NCBI RefSeq assembly: GCF_002113885.1
Contig: NW_018408916.1
Location: 912,957-976,956 of the forward strand
Length of the DNA stretch: 64,000 nucleotides
Source: Mizuhopecten yessoensis
Taxonomy: Eukaryota
Direction of reading: 5' to 3'
Made by a program: the position numbers and the translations under genes. This document shows positions 1 through 14,500 of this stretch, piece after piece; within the stretch, counting starts at the first letter, position 1; each line of letters starts with the position of its first letter. The notes under the pieces are model-generated. The model worked only from the letters and a program-made list of their open reading frames with translations. It was not told the DNA's origin and did not search any database.

Positions 1-3000
1 CGAACATCATATATGTACACACAAAACGAACATCATACATGTACAACATACCATTCGAACATCATATATGTACACACAAAACGAACATCATACATGTACA
101 ACATACCATTCGAACATCATATATGTACACACAAACCGAACATCATACATGGACATATATTCGGAACATCATACATGCACATACAGTCCGAACATCATAC
201 ATGTACATATGTTCGGAACATCATACATGCACATACAGTCCGAACATCATACATGCACAACATACAGTCCCAACATCATACATGTACAATATACAATCCG
301 AACATCATACATGTACAATATACAATCCGAACATCATATATGTACACACAAACCGAACATCATACATGTACATATATTCGGAACATCATACATGCACATA
401 CAGTCCGAACATCATACATGTACATTTATTCGAAACATCATACATGCACATACAGTCCGAACATCATACATGCACAACATACAGCCCCAACATCATACAT
501 GTACAACATACAATCCGAACATCATACATGTACAATATGCAATCCGAATATCATACATATACACACAATCCGAACATCATACATGTACAATATACAATCC
601 GAACATCATACATGTACAACATACAATCCGAACATCATACATGTACATTCACTCCGAACATCATACATATACACGCAATCCGAAAATCATACATGTACAA
701 TATACAATTCGAACATCATACATGTACAACATACAATCCGAACATCATACATGTACAACATACAATCCGAACATCATACATGTACATACACTCGGAACAT
801 CATACATATACACACAATCCAAAAATCATACATGTACAATATACAATCCGAACATCATACATGTACAACATACAATCCGAACATCATATATGTACACACA
901 AAACGAACATCATACATGTACAACATACCATTCGAACATCATATATGTACACACAAAACGAACATCATACATGTACAACATACCATTCGAACATCATATA
1001 TGTACACACAAACCGAACATCATACATGGACATATATTCGGAACATCATACATGCACATACAGTCCGAACATCATACATGTACATATGTTCGGAACATCA
1101 TACATGCACATACAGTCCGAACATCATACATGCACAACATACAGTCCCAACATCATACATGTACAATATACAATCCGAACATCATACATGTACAATATAC
1201 AATCCGAACATCATATATGTACACACAAACCGAACATCATACATGTACATATATTCGGAACATCATACATGCACATACAGTCCGAACATCATACATGTAC
1301 ATATATTCGAAACATCATACATGCACATACAGTCCGAACATCATACATGCACAACATACAGCCCCAACATCATACATGTACAACATACAATCCGAACATC
1401 ATACATGTACAATATACAATCCGAACATCATACATGTACACACAAACCGAACATCATACATGTACATATATTCGGAACATCATACATGCACATACAGTCC
1501 GAACATCATACATGTACATATATTCGAAACATCATACATGCACATACAGTCCGAACATCATACATGCACAACATACAGCCCCAACATCATACATGTACAA
1601 CATACAATCCGAACATCATACATGTACAATATACAATCCGAACATCATACATATACACACAATCCGAACATCATACATGTACAATATACAATCCGAACAT
1701 CATACATGTACAACATACAATCCGAACATCATACATGTACATACACTCCGAACATCATACATGTACATATATTCGGAACATTATACATGCACATACAGTC
1801 CGAACATCATACATGCACAACATACAGCCCCAACATCATACATGTACAACATACAATCCGAACATCATACATGTACAATATACAATCCGAACATCATACA
1901 TATACACACAATCCGAACATCATACATGTACAATATACAATCCGAACATCATACATGTACAACATACAATCCGAACATCATACATGTACATACACTCCGA
2001 ACATCATACATGTACATATATTCGGAACATTATACATGCACATACAGTCCGAACATCATACATGCACAACATACAGCCCCAACATCATACATGTACAACA
2101 TACAATCCGAACATCATACATGTACAATATACAATCCGAACATCATACATATACACACAATCCGAACATCATACATGTACAATATACAATCCGAACATCA
2201 TACATGTACAACATACAATCCGAACATCATACATGTACATACACTCCGAACATCATACATGTACATATATTCGGAACATTATACATGCACATACAGTCCG
2301 AACATCATACATGCACAACATACAGCCCCAACATCATACATGTACAACATACAATCCGAACATCATACATGTACAATATACAATCCGAACATCATACATA
2401 TACACACAATCCGAACATCATACATGTACAATATACAATCCGAACATCATACATGTACAACATACAATCCGAACATCATACATGTACATACACTCCGAAC
2501 ATCATACATGTACATATATTCGGAACATTATACATGCACATACAGTCCGAACATCATACATGCACAACATACAGCCCCAACATCATACATGTACAACATA
2601 CAATCCGAACATCATACATGTACAATATACAATCCGAACATCATACATATACACACAATCCGAACATCATACATGTACAATATACAATCCGAACATCATA
2701 CATGTACAACATACAATCCGAACATCATACATGTACATACACTCCGAACATCATACATGTACATATATTCGGAACATTATACATGCACATACAGTCCGAA
2801 CATCATACATGCACAACATACAGCCCCAACATCATACATGTACAACATACAATCCGAACATCATACATGTACAATATACAATCCGAACATCATACATATA
2901 CACACAATCCGAACATCATACATGTACAATATACAATCCGAACATCATACATGTACAACATACAATCCGAACATCATACATGTACATACACTCCGAACAT

Positions 3001-4668
3001 CATACATGTACATATATTCGGAACATTATACATGCACATACAGTCCGAACATCATACATGCACAACATACAGCCCCAACATCATACATGTACAACATACA
3101 ATCCGAACATCATACATGTACAATATACAATCCGAACATCATACATATACACACAATCCGAACATCATACATGTACAATATACAATCCGAACATCATACA
3201 TGTACAACATACAATCCGAACATCATACATGTACATACACTCCGAACATCATACATGTACATATATTCGGAACATTATACATGCACATACAGTCCGAACA
3301 TCATACATGCACAACATACAGCCCCAACATCATACATGTACAACATACAATCCGAACATCATACATGTACAATATGCAATCCGAACATCATACATATACA
3401 CACAATCCGAACATCATACATGTACAATATACAATCCGAACATCATACATGTACAACATACAATCCGAACATCATACATGTACAACATACAATCCGAACA
3501 TCATACATGTACACACAAAACGAACATCATACATGTACAACATACCATTCGAACATCATATATGTACATACAAAACGAACATCATACATGTACAACATAC
3601 AATCCGAACATCATACATGTACACACAAAACGAACATCATACATGTACAACATACCATTCGAACATCATATATGTACACACAAAACGAACATCATACATG
3701 TACAACATACAATCCGAACATCATACATGTACACACAAAACGAACATCATACATGTACAACATACCATTCGAACATCATATATGTACACTCAATCCGAAC
3801 ATTATACATGTACCTATAATCTGAACGTCATATATGTACACCATACATGTACAACATGCAATCCGAACATCATACATGTACAACATGCAATCCGAACATC
3901 ATACATGTACAACATGCAATCCGAACATCATACATGTACAACATGCAATCCGAACATCATACATGTACAACATGCAATCCGAACATCATACATGTACAAC
4001 ATGCAATCCGAACATCATACATGTACAACATGCAATCCGAACATCATACATGTACAACATGCAATCCGAACATCATACATGTACAACATGCAATCCGAAC
4101 ATCATACATGTACAACATTCAGTCCGAACATCATACATGTACTTAAAGTCCGAACATCATACATGTACATACAGTCCAAACATCATACATGTACATGTAC
4201 CTAGAATCCGAACATCATACTACATAAAATCCGTACATCATACATGTACCCACACTCCGAACATCATAGATGTACAACATACAATCCGAACATCATACAT
4301 GTACAACATACAGTCCAAACATCATACATGTACACGTACAGTCCAAACATTATACATGTACTTAAAGTCCGAACATCATACATGTACATACAGTCCGAAC
4401 ATGTACATGTACCTAGAATCCGAACATCATACTACATACAATCCGAACTTCATACATGTACCCACACTCCGAACATCATAGATGTACAACATACAATCCG
4501 AACATCATATATGTACACTCAATCCGAACATTATACATGTACCTAGAATCTGAACGTCATATATGTACACCATACATGTACAACATACAATCTGAACATC
4601 ATACATGTACAACATACAGTCCAAACATCATACATGTACAACATACAGTCCGAACATCACACATGTAT
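1..4668 (+). repeat. Satellite array of 26/29-bp monomers (consensus ~CCGAACATCATACATGTAC[AAC]ATACAAT) with 249-bp higher-order repeat; runs off the left edge
   Basis: Continuous tandem repeat. The CAGCCCCAA variant recurs every 249 bp from 1576 to 3319 (5x29+4x26). Homogeneous 29-mers at ~3845-4110. Confidence 0.97.
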
Positions 4669-5747
4669 TTTGCATCACACCTTGTATTACATCTCTGATA
4701 ACGACTATTCCCTGCCACTAGATAAATAACGACGTGACACATGTTTACGATAGGTATAGATATCCCACTCCATATTTGATATAGTTTGATTCCGTCCGTA
4801 ATACACGCTTAAGTTTGTAAACTTATCATAGATACTGTACACTTAATAGAATTAACTCCAGTTCATTTTTTAATACTCGTTCATGTTCACATGTTTCAAG
4901 CAATATCATGGTAGGCGATATTTCAGACATACAAAAAAGCTCTGCCATTTATCCATATAAAAATACATTTCTTGATCGTCTTCATTTTCTTTTTGCCGCT
5001 CTATCTTAAAAAAATAATAATCAAATATCAGCTTTTCAAACGTTGATATTTTATAAGAACTTATTGATTTGAGACGTTGGAATTTTCCGTCCGATTTTAG
5101 TCTGGTTTCGTATCACATTGATATACCAAAAGAAATTATGTTATCGATTTATATCATACATGTAGTGATTTCCGTTAGATCTAAGTACCTGTACTTACTG
5201 AAAAACTGTAAAGCATAGAGTAAATGAACAGTTTTGTATTACCTAAGTCTGAAGTTAAACGAGTATCAATTTCGTGAAATTCAATGATGATGTGTAAGTT
5301 ATAAAAGCTCTAGCAAATTTCGTTGTACTGAAGGGTGCGTGTCTTAAACCGTAAATTGTCAATAAAATACAACTGTAAGAATGATGTGTTAATTTGTTCT
5401 CAATCAGATATCTTTAACTTATGAGCAGTAAACAACCCGTAAGTTATCCGGATATATCGTACCCGGCATTACAATGTACGGACGTGTTATTAGTGTATTG
5501 AGTCACATTCTAAAGGGCGCCATAACGACTGAGAGGTGTCCCACATCTACACCTCGTCAATCGTCATTAAAACCATATCTATTCATTGATGCAGCAGTAA
5601 GTACAGTCGTACATATTCCGTACTTATATTTGAATAATAGTAACATCATTTACACCAAATGAACATGCAAATAGAGTGTGTTTACTCAGAATACGGTCAT
5701 TGTTATCGTAGAATATGCTGTAGCGGCTGTAGTAATGTTAGACGGAC

Positions 5748-5777
5748 GGAAACCGAAAGAGGAAGTACATGACGTCA
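5748..5777 (+). promoter_or_regulatory. ISRE-like GGAAACCGAAAG + Ets AGGAAGT + CRE TGACGTCA module, TRIM copy 1
   Basis: Matches the GAAANNGAAA IRF consensus; the 12-mer is invariant in four paralogous upstream regions. Confidence 0.65.
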
Positions 5778-7603
5778 TCAGTTTACTATGTATGCATAAT
5801 AGAGTAGGAATCGCATCGTGTGTACAGTAATACCACTGTCGGATACCATAACGTGATGGCTTTAAGTATCCGATGGCGCCATTTTCTTATTACATGCAGA
5901 GCGGAAGTAAAACGGAAAGGTACATACATACAGCCCGAACATATATGTATGGTTTACATATATGACGTTCAGATTATAGGTACATGTATAATGTTCGGAT
6001 TGTGAATACATATATGATGTTCGAATGGTATGTTGTTCACGTGTCTGCGTTGATACATGCGTGAGTATGGAGGGTCGTTAGGGCTTGTCTTATCCCATTC
6101 AAAACGCACTGTCACATGGCATCAATAAAATTGTTGCTGATCGGAACTAAATTGTTCGAACACAATCATGTTTATTTTAAATCAACATTGATAACAAGCA
6201 AATATAATATATATTATATATTTGCCGTCATCAGTAGCTTTCACGATGAAATTTAGTCTTTTTCACATATTCCTAATAAATGATTTGTCGGGCGGTAAAT
6301 ATATTGAATTCAACAAGGAAAAGGACAATTTAAAAAAATAGTTTTAAAGGGAAATTGTTAACAAAGGGAAGGGTACATTGTTACGAGTTACCTCCCGTTG
6401 TGCGATAGAGGAACCTAATTATTCAGCTATCCATAAGGGAAACATATATTTTAATAAATATCAAAGAACATGAAAACCAAGACAACTTTTTCCTAAATCA
6501 GACTTAAGGAGGACAGTAGCCTGAAAATTATGATATGAATAATATTCTAAGAATTCCTGAATGTATACATGGATGGCAAGAAAACATATCCATAAATTTC
6601 CATGACTTTCTTCGCTCGGCTTTTTATAACAACACACACATATATACATTGTACGTAAGTTTTCTCAGCAAAGTACCTTTCATGATAATCTGACTACGTT
6701 ATCAACTCATTCTAATGGTGTATATGAAAGTTTGCAATGGAATATCGCATACATATTTGATATAGTTGTTATTCTTGAGACAGCTACGGATCGGACACTC
6801 GCTCTGAGAAATACAATGTATAACATATTTTGATGTAGTTTGAAATGTACGTACCAAAAGTACGATCATAATTATTTCATATCTAAAGCCAAGTTTGTTT
6901 TTGTAGAAATTGTTTTGTGAACCAATTCAAACAGAGCCAAGCATTCAGTCTGCACTGTATACGTCAAATAGCATGATTAATCACATAACGCAATAGATAT
7001 AAACTACGACTGAATACCAGGCGAAGGTACTCGATAAGCATTTTAGTGACCATTTGACATGTAATCAAACGTAATCGGTCTGTGACTTTGAAGTGTTGTT
7101 CCCACTTTGATTCAGAAATTATACTTGTAACGGTTATGGTGTTTTATATGGATCAATAACACCTTCTGCCCCTGAAACACACTATACCAGGCAGATGTAA
7201 TTAATAAACATTAAGTTTGTGATAATATTCAAGATACTTAATTGCAACCTCTAAGTCTTTCGCATCACTGTGAAAGTCGGGTTAATGTAAATTGTGTTTC
7301 AAACCTATTGTGATGCTCTGTTAAATTGTTAACGGGCCGTTCCATTTGTTGTCATCAGATGAATGGATTACCTGCCTAGCATTATAACTCTCCGCTATGA
7401 TACAGTATATAAACTTTATTAATCAAAATATCAGGATTGGTAAACGTAACATATCTTGCATCTCCACAGGTGTCTACAACCAAATCTTAGATGTAGTAAC
7501 ATGAAAAGTGTCTTATTTTCCTCTTATTTATGAGAGAAACAAACTTTACGTTCCATAAAAGTCATACCGATAATGTTTCGTTATTCTCATACTTGCAGAT
7601 ACA

Positions 7604-9628
7604 ATGGCGGAAGGTGGTCCCCATGCAGACCCTCCAGATACAATGGCGGAAGGTGGTCCCCATGCAGACCCTCAATCTGAAGACAACACACTACGCAACC
7701 TGTCGGATTCCCACCTTCTCAAATGTCCGATCTGTCTGGAGCAGTTACGACAGCCGAAGTCTCTGCCGTGTCGTCATTCTCTGTGTGAGGAATGTTTGAG
7801 TAGCTACATCGTCAGTGAGATGTCAGGGACGAGTGATACGGCGACTTCCTTTATCTGTCCGGTATGTAGGACCCTAACTCACCCCGTGGACAAATCAGAG
7901 GCAAAGGAGAAATGGGCCCAGCAGTTCCCGACCGACAACGTTGCCATAGAGATAATACAACTGAGAAACAGGACGACAGAGCCACGTTACTGCGCGCCCT
8001 GTCAGAGAAAGGGAAGCATGACCTCCGCACGATTCTGGTGTAAAATTACTCAGTCATTGTTCTGTGAGTCTTGTAAAGTGGATTTCCATGATGTGGTCCA
8101 TGTGAGCTGTGATATTGTAGATATGAGAGGTTCCGGAAATTTCTTGCTGAAACATGATACATCTGACAAAAGATGCGACAAACACAAGGATGAGATTGCT
8201 TATTATTGTGAGGATCACAAGTCCCTGGGTTGCAGTAAATGTATAACTGTTGGTCACAGGAAATGTGACAATGTGTCCACAACAGAGGATTACTGTGAGA
8301 AACTGAATAGTAGCTCCCAACTAGAGGAAAGAAAGACATTTCTACAGCAAGGAGCAGACGACATGGAATCTATGATAAAGGACTTTTATCGACGACAACA
8401 GAACATTGCAGACGACAAAGATGCGGTACTGAAAAGAATCGACGACCTGCAGGAACGTATGGATAAACGTATCAGAGAGATGAAGAGGGAAATCACAGAT
8501 GACGTAATCACGGCGTACAAACAAGAAAGAGAAAATCTGAAGGTGTCGACTCAGAAGTGTGAACGACTGATGGTCGCTATACAGAATACATTAGAATCGT
8601 CCACTACAGCTCTACAGAGGAACGACCATATGGACACGATCCGGCTTTACCAGAAAGGTCAGACGGAGCTCGAGGCTTGTAAGGATCTAGTGAAAGAAAT
8701 GCAGATGTCGATTTCAACTGTCAGTATTGAACATGAAATTGATTCGGACGTGACAAGTCTGAACTTTGGTAAAATCTTTGTTCGAAAGCAACAAAAACAT
8801 TTACCAGGTGTCCAAACTCTCGTCAAACCTTTATCCCAATGTAAAGTAAAGGAAATAAGAAAGATGAACATACAATGTCCGTCTGATCAATTTGAATGTG
8901 TTGCCCGTGGTGTTGTTTACTTTCCTGACGGCAGAATTGTGGTGGGAGATGAAAGCAATGAGAAGATCAAGTTAATAAACGACGCTGGGGATGTTGTGGA
9001 CGAGTTGAAATTGGATGGAAATCCTTGGGATCTGTGTATGGTGGATAACACCACTGTGGCGGCCGCTATAGAGAGGCCTGGAGGTATACGTGTAGTGACT
9101 GTCACACCCTCCAAACTTATACTGTCGTCTGTAATAAACACAAATACACGATATTACGGCATAACGTACAGAGATGATGAGTTTATCGTGACTACAGGAT
9201 CCGAAGTCTGTAGTGTTAAGAAAGACGGGACGACCAAGACGTTATATCGATATACTGACAGAGTATACGCGTTGTCACATGATTCCAAGGACGGACAGCT
9301 CTTTATCGCCCATAATACCTACAGAACTGGTAGTACAGCGATTGGTAGGTTGTCTACTGACAACAAGTACACGGACGTGTTGAAGTTTGGTGTAGTTAAG
9401 TGTCCGTATGGAGTGGACGTCGACGTGAAAGGTAACGTCTATGTCTGTGGTTGTACCTCCAACAACGTGGTACAGATGTCCGGGGACGGTACTAACGTCC
9501 GGGAACTGATAACGGCAGCGGACGGTATCACACTTCCACTAGCAATATCTGTTTGTGGTGATAAACTGGTGGTGACAAACAACTTGCATGGTCAGAGTAA
9601 TTTCATCCAAGTGTTTCAACTTGTATGA
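7604..9628 (+). CDS. TRIM-family E3 ligase (RING, two B-box-like domains, coiled coil, NHL-like beta-propeller), copy 1
   Basis: 674-aa ORF with RING CPIC..LPCRHSLCEEC..CPVC, B-boxes CAPC..C/CDKH..CEDH..CSKC..H, a helical region and repeated PxG/xVxD blades. Acceptor ttctcatacttgcAG at 7597-7598. Confidence 0.93.
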   Translation: MAEGGPHADPPDTMAEGGPHADPQSEDNTLRNLSDSHLLKCPICLEQLRQPKSLPCRHSLCEECLSSYIVSEMSGTSDTATSFICPVCRTLTHPVDKSEAKEKWAQQFPTDNVAIEIIQLRNRTTEPRYCAPCQRKGSMTSARFWCKITQSLFCESCKVDFHDVVHVSCDIVDMRGSGNFLLKHDTSDKRCDKHKDEIAYYCEDHKSLGCSKCITVGHRKCDNVSTTEDYCEKLNSSSQLEERKTFLQQGADDMESMIKDFYRRQQNIADDKDAVLKRIDDLQERMDKRIREMKREITDDVITAYKQERENLKVSTQKCERLMVAIQNTLESSTTALQRNDHMDTIRLYQKGQTELEACKDLVKEMQMSISTVSIEHEIDSDVTSLNFGKIFVRKQQKHLPGVQTLVKPLSQCKVKEIRKMNIQCPSDQFECVARGVVYFPDGRIVVGDESNEKIKLINDAGDVVDELKLDGNPWDLCMVDNTTVAAAIERPGGIRVVTVTPSKLILSSVINTNTRYYGITYRDDEFIVTTGSEVCSVKKDGTTKTLYRYTDRVYALSHDSKDGQLFIAHNTYRTGSTAIGRLSTDNKYTDVLKFGVVKCPYGVDVDVKGNVYVCGCTSNNVVQMSGDGTNVRELITAADGITLPLAISVCGDKLVVTNNLHGQSNFIQVFQLV

Positions 9629-10207
9629 TTGTAGACTCAGTTGTACACCAGATAGACAATTGTCATGACTTAATAGTCTATTCCTGATTTATTATTAACA
9701 AAACTTATTTAACGAACAGAAAATATCCTTTCTATCATAAATGAGAATGATGGGTAAATGTTTTTTGGAATAAGGAGAATATCTAACGATTATATTACAA
9801 ATAACAGGTAAGGAAAAATATGTTCTAGTTAACGTTCTAAATGAATTGTCAATTTCACATTTTAGTTTATGTTAACATTGTCGGACTAACAAGCGAAGCG
9901 GATTTTTTATCTTTTATACATACATGTATGTACTGTAATATATATATATATAATTATGTGATAAAGTCGCTAGCATTGATCTTGTTAGCACACCAAATGT
10001 CAACTTCTTTGTGAATTTAGGATCGTAGAGATGATTGCTAATTTACAACGTACAACTGAAGTGGAGACTTTTACTTTATCAAAGCAATGAGTCCCTTATG
10101 GGGAAATGAAGGAAAGGAAACCTTTGTTGAGATTGTTTCGAAAAAAATGGTTTTCTAAGTGGCAATCGTTTTGGAATCGAAATCGAATCGGAAAAAAAAA
10201 AAATACG

Positions 10208-10758
10208 TTTTAGCTCACCTGTCCAAGAGGCAAGTGAGCTTATGCCATGGCACAGCGTCCGTCGTCCGTCCGTACGTCAACTTCCCCCCCCCCCCTCCCC
10301 CGACTCCGCGGAGGTGCGTGGCCCAATAAGGGATATAGAAGAATGGCTTCAATATTCTTTTTTTAATTTTTAAATAAATGGTGGTTTTGAGCCCCCAGGG
10401 GCCGAGGGGTGGGGCTTAATAAGGAAAATAGAAAAATTAACTTTAAAATTCTTCTTCTTCTGTAGGAATGACAAGATTATGTCCATATTTGGTCTAAAGC
10501 ATCCTTGGATGAAGGGGATCTTATTTTGTATCAACGGTGGGTCTAACCCTCCTGGGGCAGAGGGGCGGGACCCAATAGAGGAAACATAGTAAATTCTTGA
10601 AATCCTCCTTTTCTTGTAGGTTGACAGGGTTTTGTCCAATTGCATATAAATATAATCCCTGACTAACCATGTAATGCATACAGTAACATCTGGCTATTCT
10701 TACTTCAATTTTGATAACATTTCCAGGTGAGCGATACAGGCCCTCTGAACCTCTTGTT
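10208..10758 (+). mobile_element. Non-autonomous Helentron-associated (HINE/CvA-pearl-like) element
   Basis: Starts TTTTAGCTCACCTG, has a GTCC microsatellite and ~160-bp internal repeats, ends CAGGTGAGCG...CCTCTTGTT (subterminal inverted repeat). Confidence 0.8.
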
Positions 10759-11364
10759 AAAGTCCACATGGTAGATTTTAGTTTTAACATCAAATTGTGA
10801 CTTCTTTATGCCCGACGGATGTTGACGGAAGAAGACGTATCGACATAGGCAATAAAATATTAAGATTAGCCACCAAGAACCTTGAATATTGTTTACCTAG
10901 CTGTAGCTGTTTTTGGTGATGAACTATTTATTCAGATATTAGAGTAATGCGACTACGAGAAAGTGGTGTTTTACTGTATAACATCAAAGCATATTAACTT
11001 TTTTATACTGGGCAGAATTCGCCAAGTCAAACTTTCGCCCTTCGCCGTGAATAATTAATGTGCATCCTATCTTGTTTACTAATGTTCGATGTAATGATAA
11101 ATTCGCCCTCGTTATGGAAAGCGATAATTTAACTGCAGCGAAATTTTGTTGGTAAACAGTTTTATATCCGATTGGATTCCGAAATATAATATAGATACAG
11201 ATATAGAACGCAGCCTAAGAGATGAGCGGAAGTCAATCTTGGTGTCCAGTGTAAACTGCCTCGATTTTTAAATATATAATTTGAGCTGGAAACACTCGAT
11301 TCTCAGACATGATAGACAACTCAAATCGACTTTTACATCTGCTTTCTTGAAAAGAAAATTATAA

Positions 11365-11512
11365 GACTTTTTCATGCCCAGCGGTGTAGAATAGGGAAAT
11401 TCCACCATAAGGGTTTTCAAATTTGATGAAAAGCCGAGGGTTTTGCCAGATTTAAAAATCCCGAGGGTACAATTTCCCTATCCTACACCCCTGGGCATGG
11501 AAGAGTATTTTA
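11365..11512. mobile_element. Long-hairpin end of a non-autonomous DNA element (Crypton-like, family inferred)
   Basis: Arms CATGCCCAGCGGTGTAGAATAGGGAAATT / AATTTCCCTATCCTACACCCCTGGGCATG with central GCCGAGG motif. Confidence 0.55.
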
Positions 11513-14500
11513 CTGACATTCAAACTATCAGAATAAGCTCAGAAATCATGAAAATGCGTTTGGACTGCCCACCATTTTGAAAATATCAATCCTCCAACCC
11601 CCATTAGCTTTGTAAAGCGGTAAAAGTGTGGATACACTTGTTCAGGGTAAAAGAAAGCTCTATTTTACACACACAGAAATGATAGAAATGTATTAACATA
11701 GAACATGCTATTTTCAAACTAAACATGCGTCCCGTTTCACTGCCTAAACTGAAAGTGAAATATGTGGTGATGTCACGTTCCTTGACCCCAACTGGAAGCG
11801 AAAGACACTTATGGTTTTCAAAACCGTGGCTCAAACCGGAAGTGGGTTCAAAGGTGATGTTCCTATATATGTTGTTCTTAAATTGGACTCCGACTGAAAT
11901 GGAATAAAAGGGTATGTTCATGACACGGTTCAAGTCGTAATTTAAATTAATGGTGATGTCCTTACCTTCATTCCAGCCAGATCTGAATTTAATACTGCTT
12001 ATGATGACATTAAGTCAGGCAGAAAATAATTTGAAGTAGTTTATCTAACACTATTTTAGTTTGGTTAGAGTGGACGATGTGCTTCTTGATTTGTTTCTAA
12101 AATTCATTCGCCGGCCACATTACCGGCTGTCAAACCAATCGAGCGCACTTGCTGATGTCAAATATAACTGCCACTTGGGGTACATTATCTTTGAATGCAT
12201 CAATTAAAGCTACTTTTACAACTAATCAGTCTCATATCAACAGTTTTATCTCACACTGGGGGAATCTTATCATTCATCCGCCATGTTTGCTGCTGTCTGC
12301 GCCAGTTACAGCAAGGCGGGCGATCCAGGGTCCACCGGGTGGCCCGCCCGAACAATATCTAAACCAATCGAGATAAATACCCGATAAGCCGGTACTGTCG
12401 GCTTACTCGCCGGTGGACGAATCGAGCAGCACCCCTGGCAGTGGTCTAAGTTGGATGTGAATTAAATCTTCCGGATGTTTCAGCTAAAGGCTTATTGAAT
12501 TGTCTCTTACCTGTCATCCAACTGAAAGAGAATTAAAAGTGGTTTGCGAACATCCCTTAAGTATACTTTCTACAGCCAGTAGCAAAGTAAATGGACGCAT
12601 GTCTGAACTTTGTTACGTCCAAGAGCGAAACGAAAATTAGTGTTCATGACCTCGGTGCCAGCCGGAAGTGAGTTGGAACGTGGTATCTTTGACCGTGAAC
12701 CTAAAATGAAATGAACTGAAGGTTAACATCTCTGACCATACTTTCATCCGGAAATGAACTCAAAAACAGTAACACTGACTTTGATGCTAGTGGGAAGTAG
12801 ACAGAATGGTGGTATTCCAGATCTTGCCACATGTATCAGCTGAACATTAACTGACGAGTGATATATTTTACCTTGTTGTTTATCGGCATTTAATGAACTG
12901 TGATGTATATGACTTTGTTGACAATCAGAATTGACCTGCAGACTTGTATCTGTTTCACAAAGGGGATGTATAAACAATATGACAAAAATTTGGGTGATTT
13001 TGAAATAACTTCTTATCGATACACTGCTGCTCCAATATCAACACAATTTGGAACTAACCTTAATTTCTTTCTGAGATAAAATAAGTTGTATCAACTCTTT
13101 TATCTCATAGAAGGTTCCCCTGTTTGCAATTGTGTATGTTATGTTTAATTTTGCCTTGTACAGAACGTACCTATTTACATGTACATAGCTAACCTCCGAG
13201 ACACATCCTGTTAAAGTGACAATACAGTTCCAGATGTTGTTATTCACTGACTTTACGATATACTTCCTTTTCATATTACTTATATATGCCCACCGGAAAT
13301 TACATCATGTTGATATTAAATACCTGTTATCCTGGATACATTCTGTAGATATTAATTTAATCAATTGACCTTTTTTTATTTATATCCACACATATTTAAA
13401 GCTCTGGGTTTATCTTTTGCAAAGCCGTTTCTTTGTTCATATCTCAATTCAAGTATATAATATTCAATATATTCACGTTAAATAATTTCGCTTTTAAGCC
13501 GGTCATTTTCCATTAAATATATGTTTTCAATGTTAGTTTAATACATGTGTAACGTTATTATTTGCAATTACAATACTGAAGTAAACGGATGAAGGTTTAG
13601 GGCCCGTATTCATTTAACCGTTCCCAAACACAGAATTTGTGCTTACGCCCATTTTCTTGTTCCAGTGATGAATTAATAATAATGTCACAATTTGTCAATA
13701 ATAGAGGATGATTTTGGCAAGACAAAACGCAAGTACCGTTTTCAACATTTACATGTTACATGATTAAAACGTATTACAAGAAATTTGGCTTGAGCACATA
13801 TCTCATCCCTGAGTATGAGAACGATTTCATGAATACGGGCCTAGGTCTTTCTGCATGGTATTTTGATTTACATTTGTACAAAAGTAAGTCGTCAATCGAA
13901 CTCATCGATTTCTATTATATAGATAGCATAAATAGTTTATTGTAAAGCTTTTTTTATTTGTTCCAAGCTTGATTGATATCAATCTTACAACATTCAGCGT
14001 TATTAAACATCAGTGATATGCGCAAAACACTTGAGTCCGGGCTGATGTAGTTTAAGCACAGCCTGGGTCTGTTTTTTTGTTTTGTTTTTGTTTTTTTGTT
14101 TTAAATTTAAATAACATTAATTTTAATTATACAATGAAGTACCTAGAAATAACCTATTCATGGTATTTCACATCTCAAACAATGCATAGCATGTGTACTT
14201 ATATAAAACTCGAGTTATCCGGATACATCATACCCGGTATTACGTCCTTGTTGTTAGTGGACCGGTCAACAACTTGGGAACATATTCCTACGACACTACA
14301 TGTTTTACCTGTAAATACTTGTCCACATTATATATTAACTGTTGTTTTAAGTTTATTTGAAATGTTTACTTTGTCATTAATATTTCCATTGCATTGAAAC
14401 CTGTTTATGATTAAAAAAAAATGTGGAACTACTTTGCACTGCGCCGAACGACAATACTACGATCGGAGTACTTTGGTTTTGACCTATATATAATCGATTT

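Noticed and set aside
1-4668. CRISPR array
   Set aside because: No unique spacers, no cas genes, eukaryotic context.
13-4698. Three overlapping >1200-aa His/Thr/Tyr-rich ORFs
   Set aside because: Satellite artefact: the G-poor strand lacks stops, and both monomer lengths are 2 mod 3, so all frames give the same cyclic peptide. The same applies to ORFs at 18.3-18.9 kb and 60.7-63.9 kb.
8046-9141. Antisense ORFs within TRIM genes (also in copies 2 and 3 and in the retroelements)
   Set aside because: Shadow ORFs of the coding strand with no recognisable domains.
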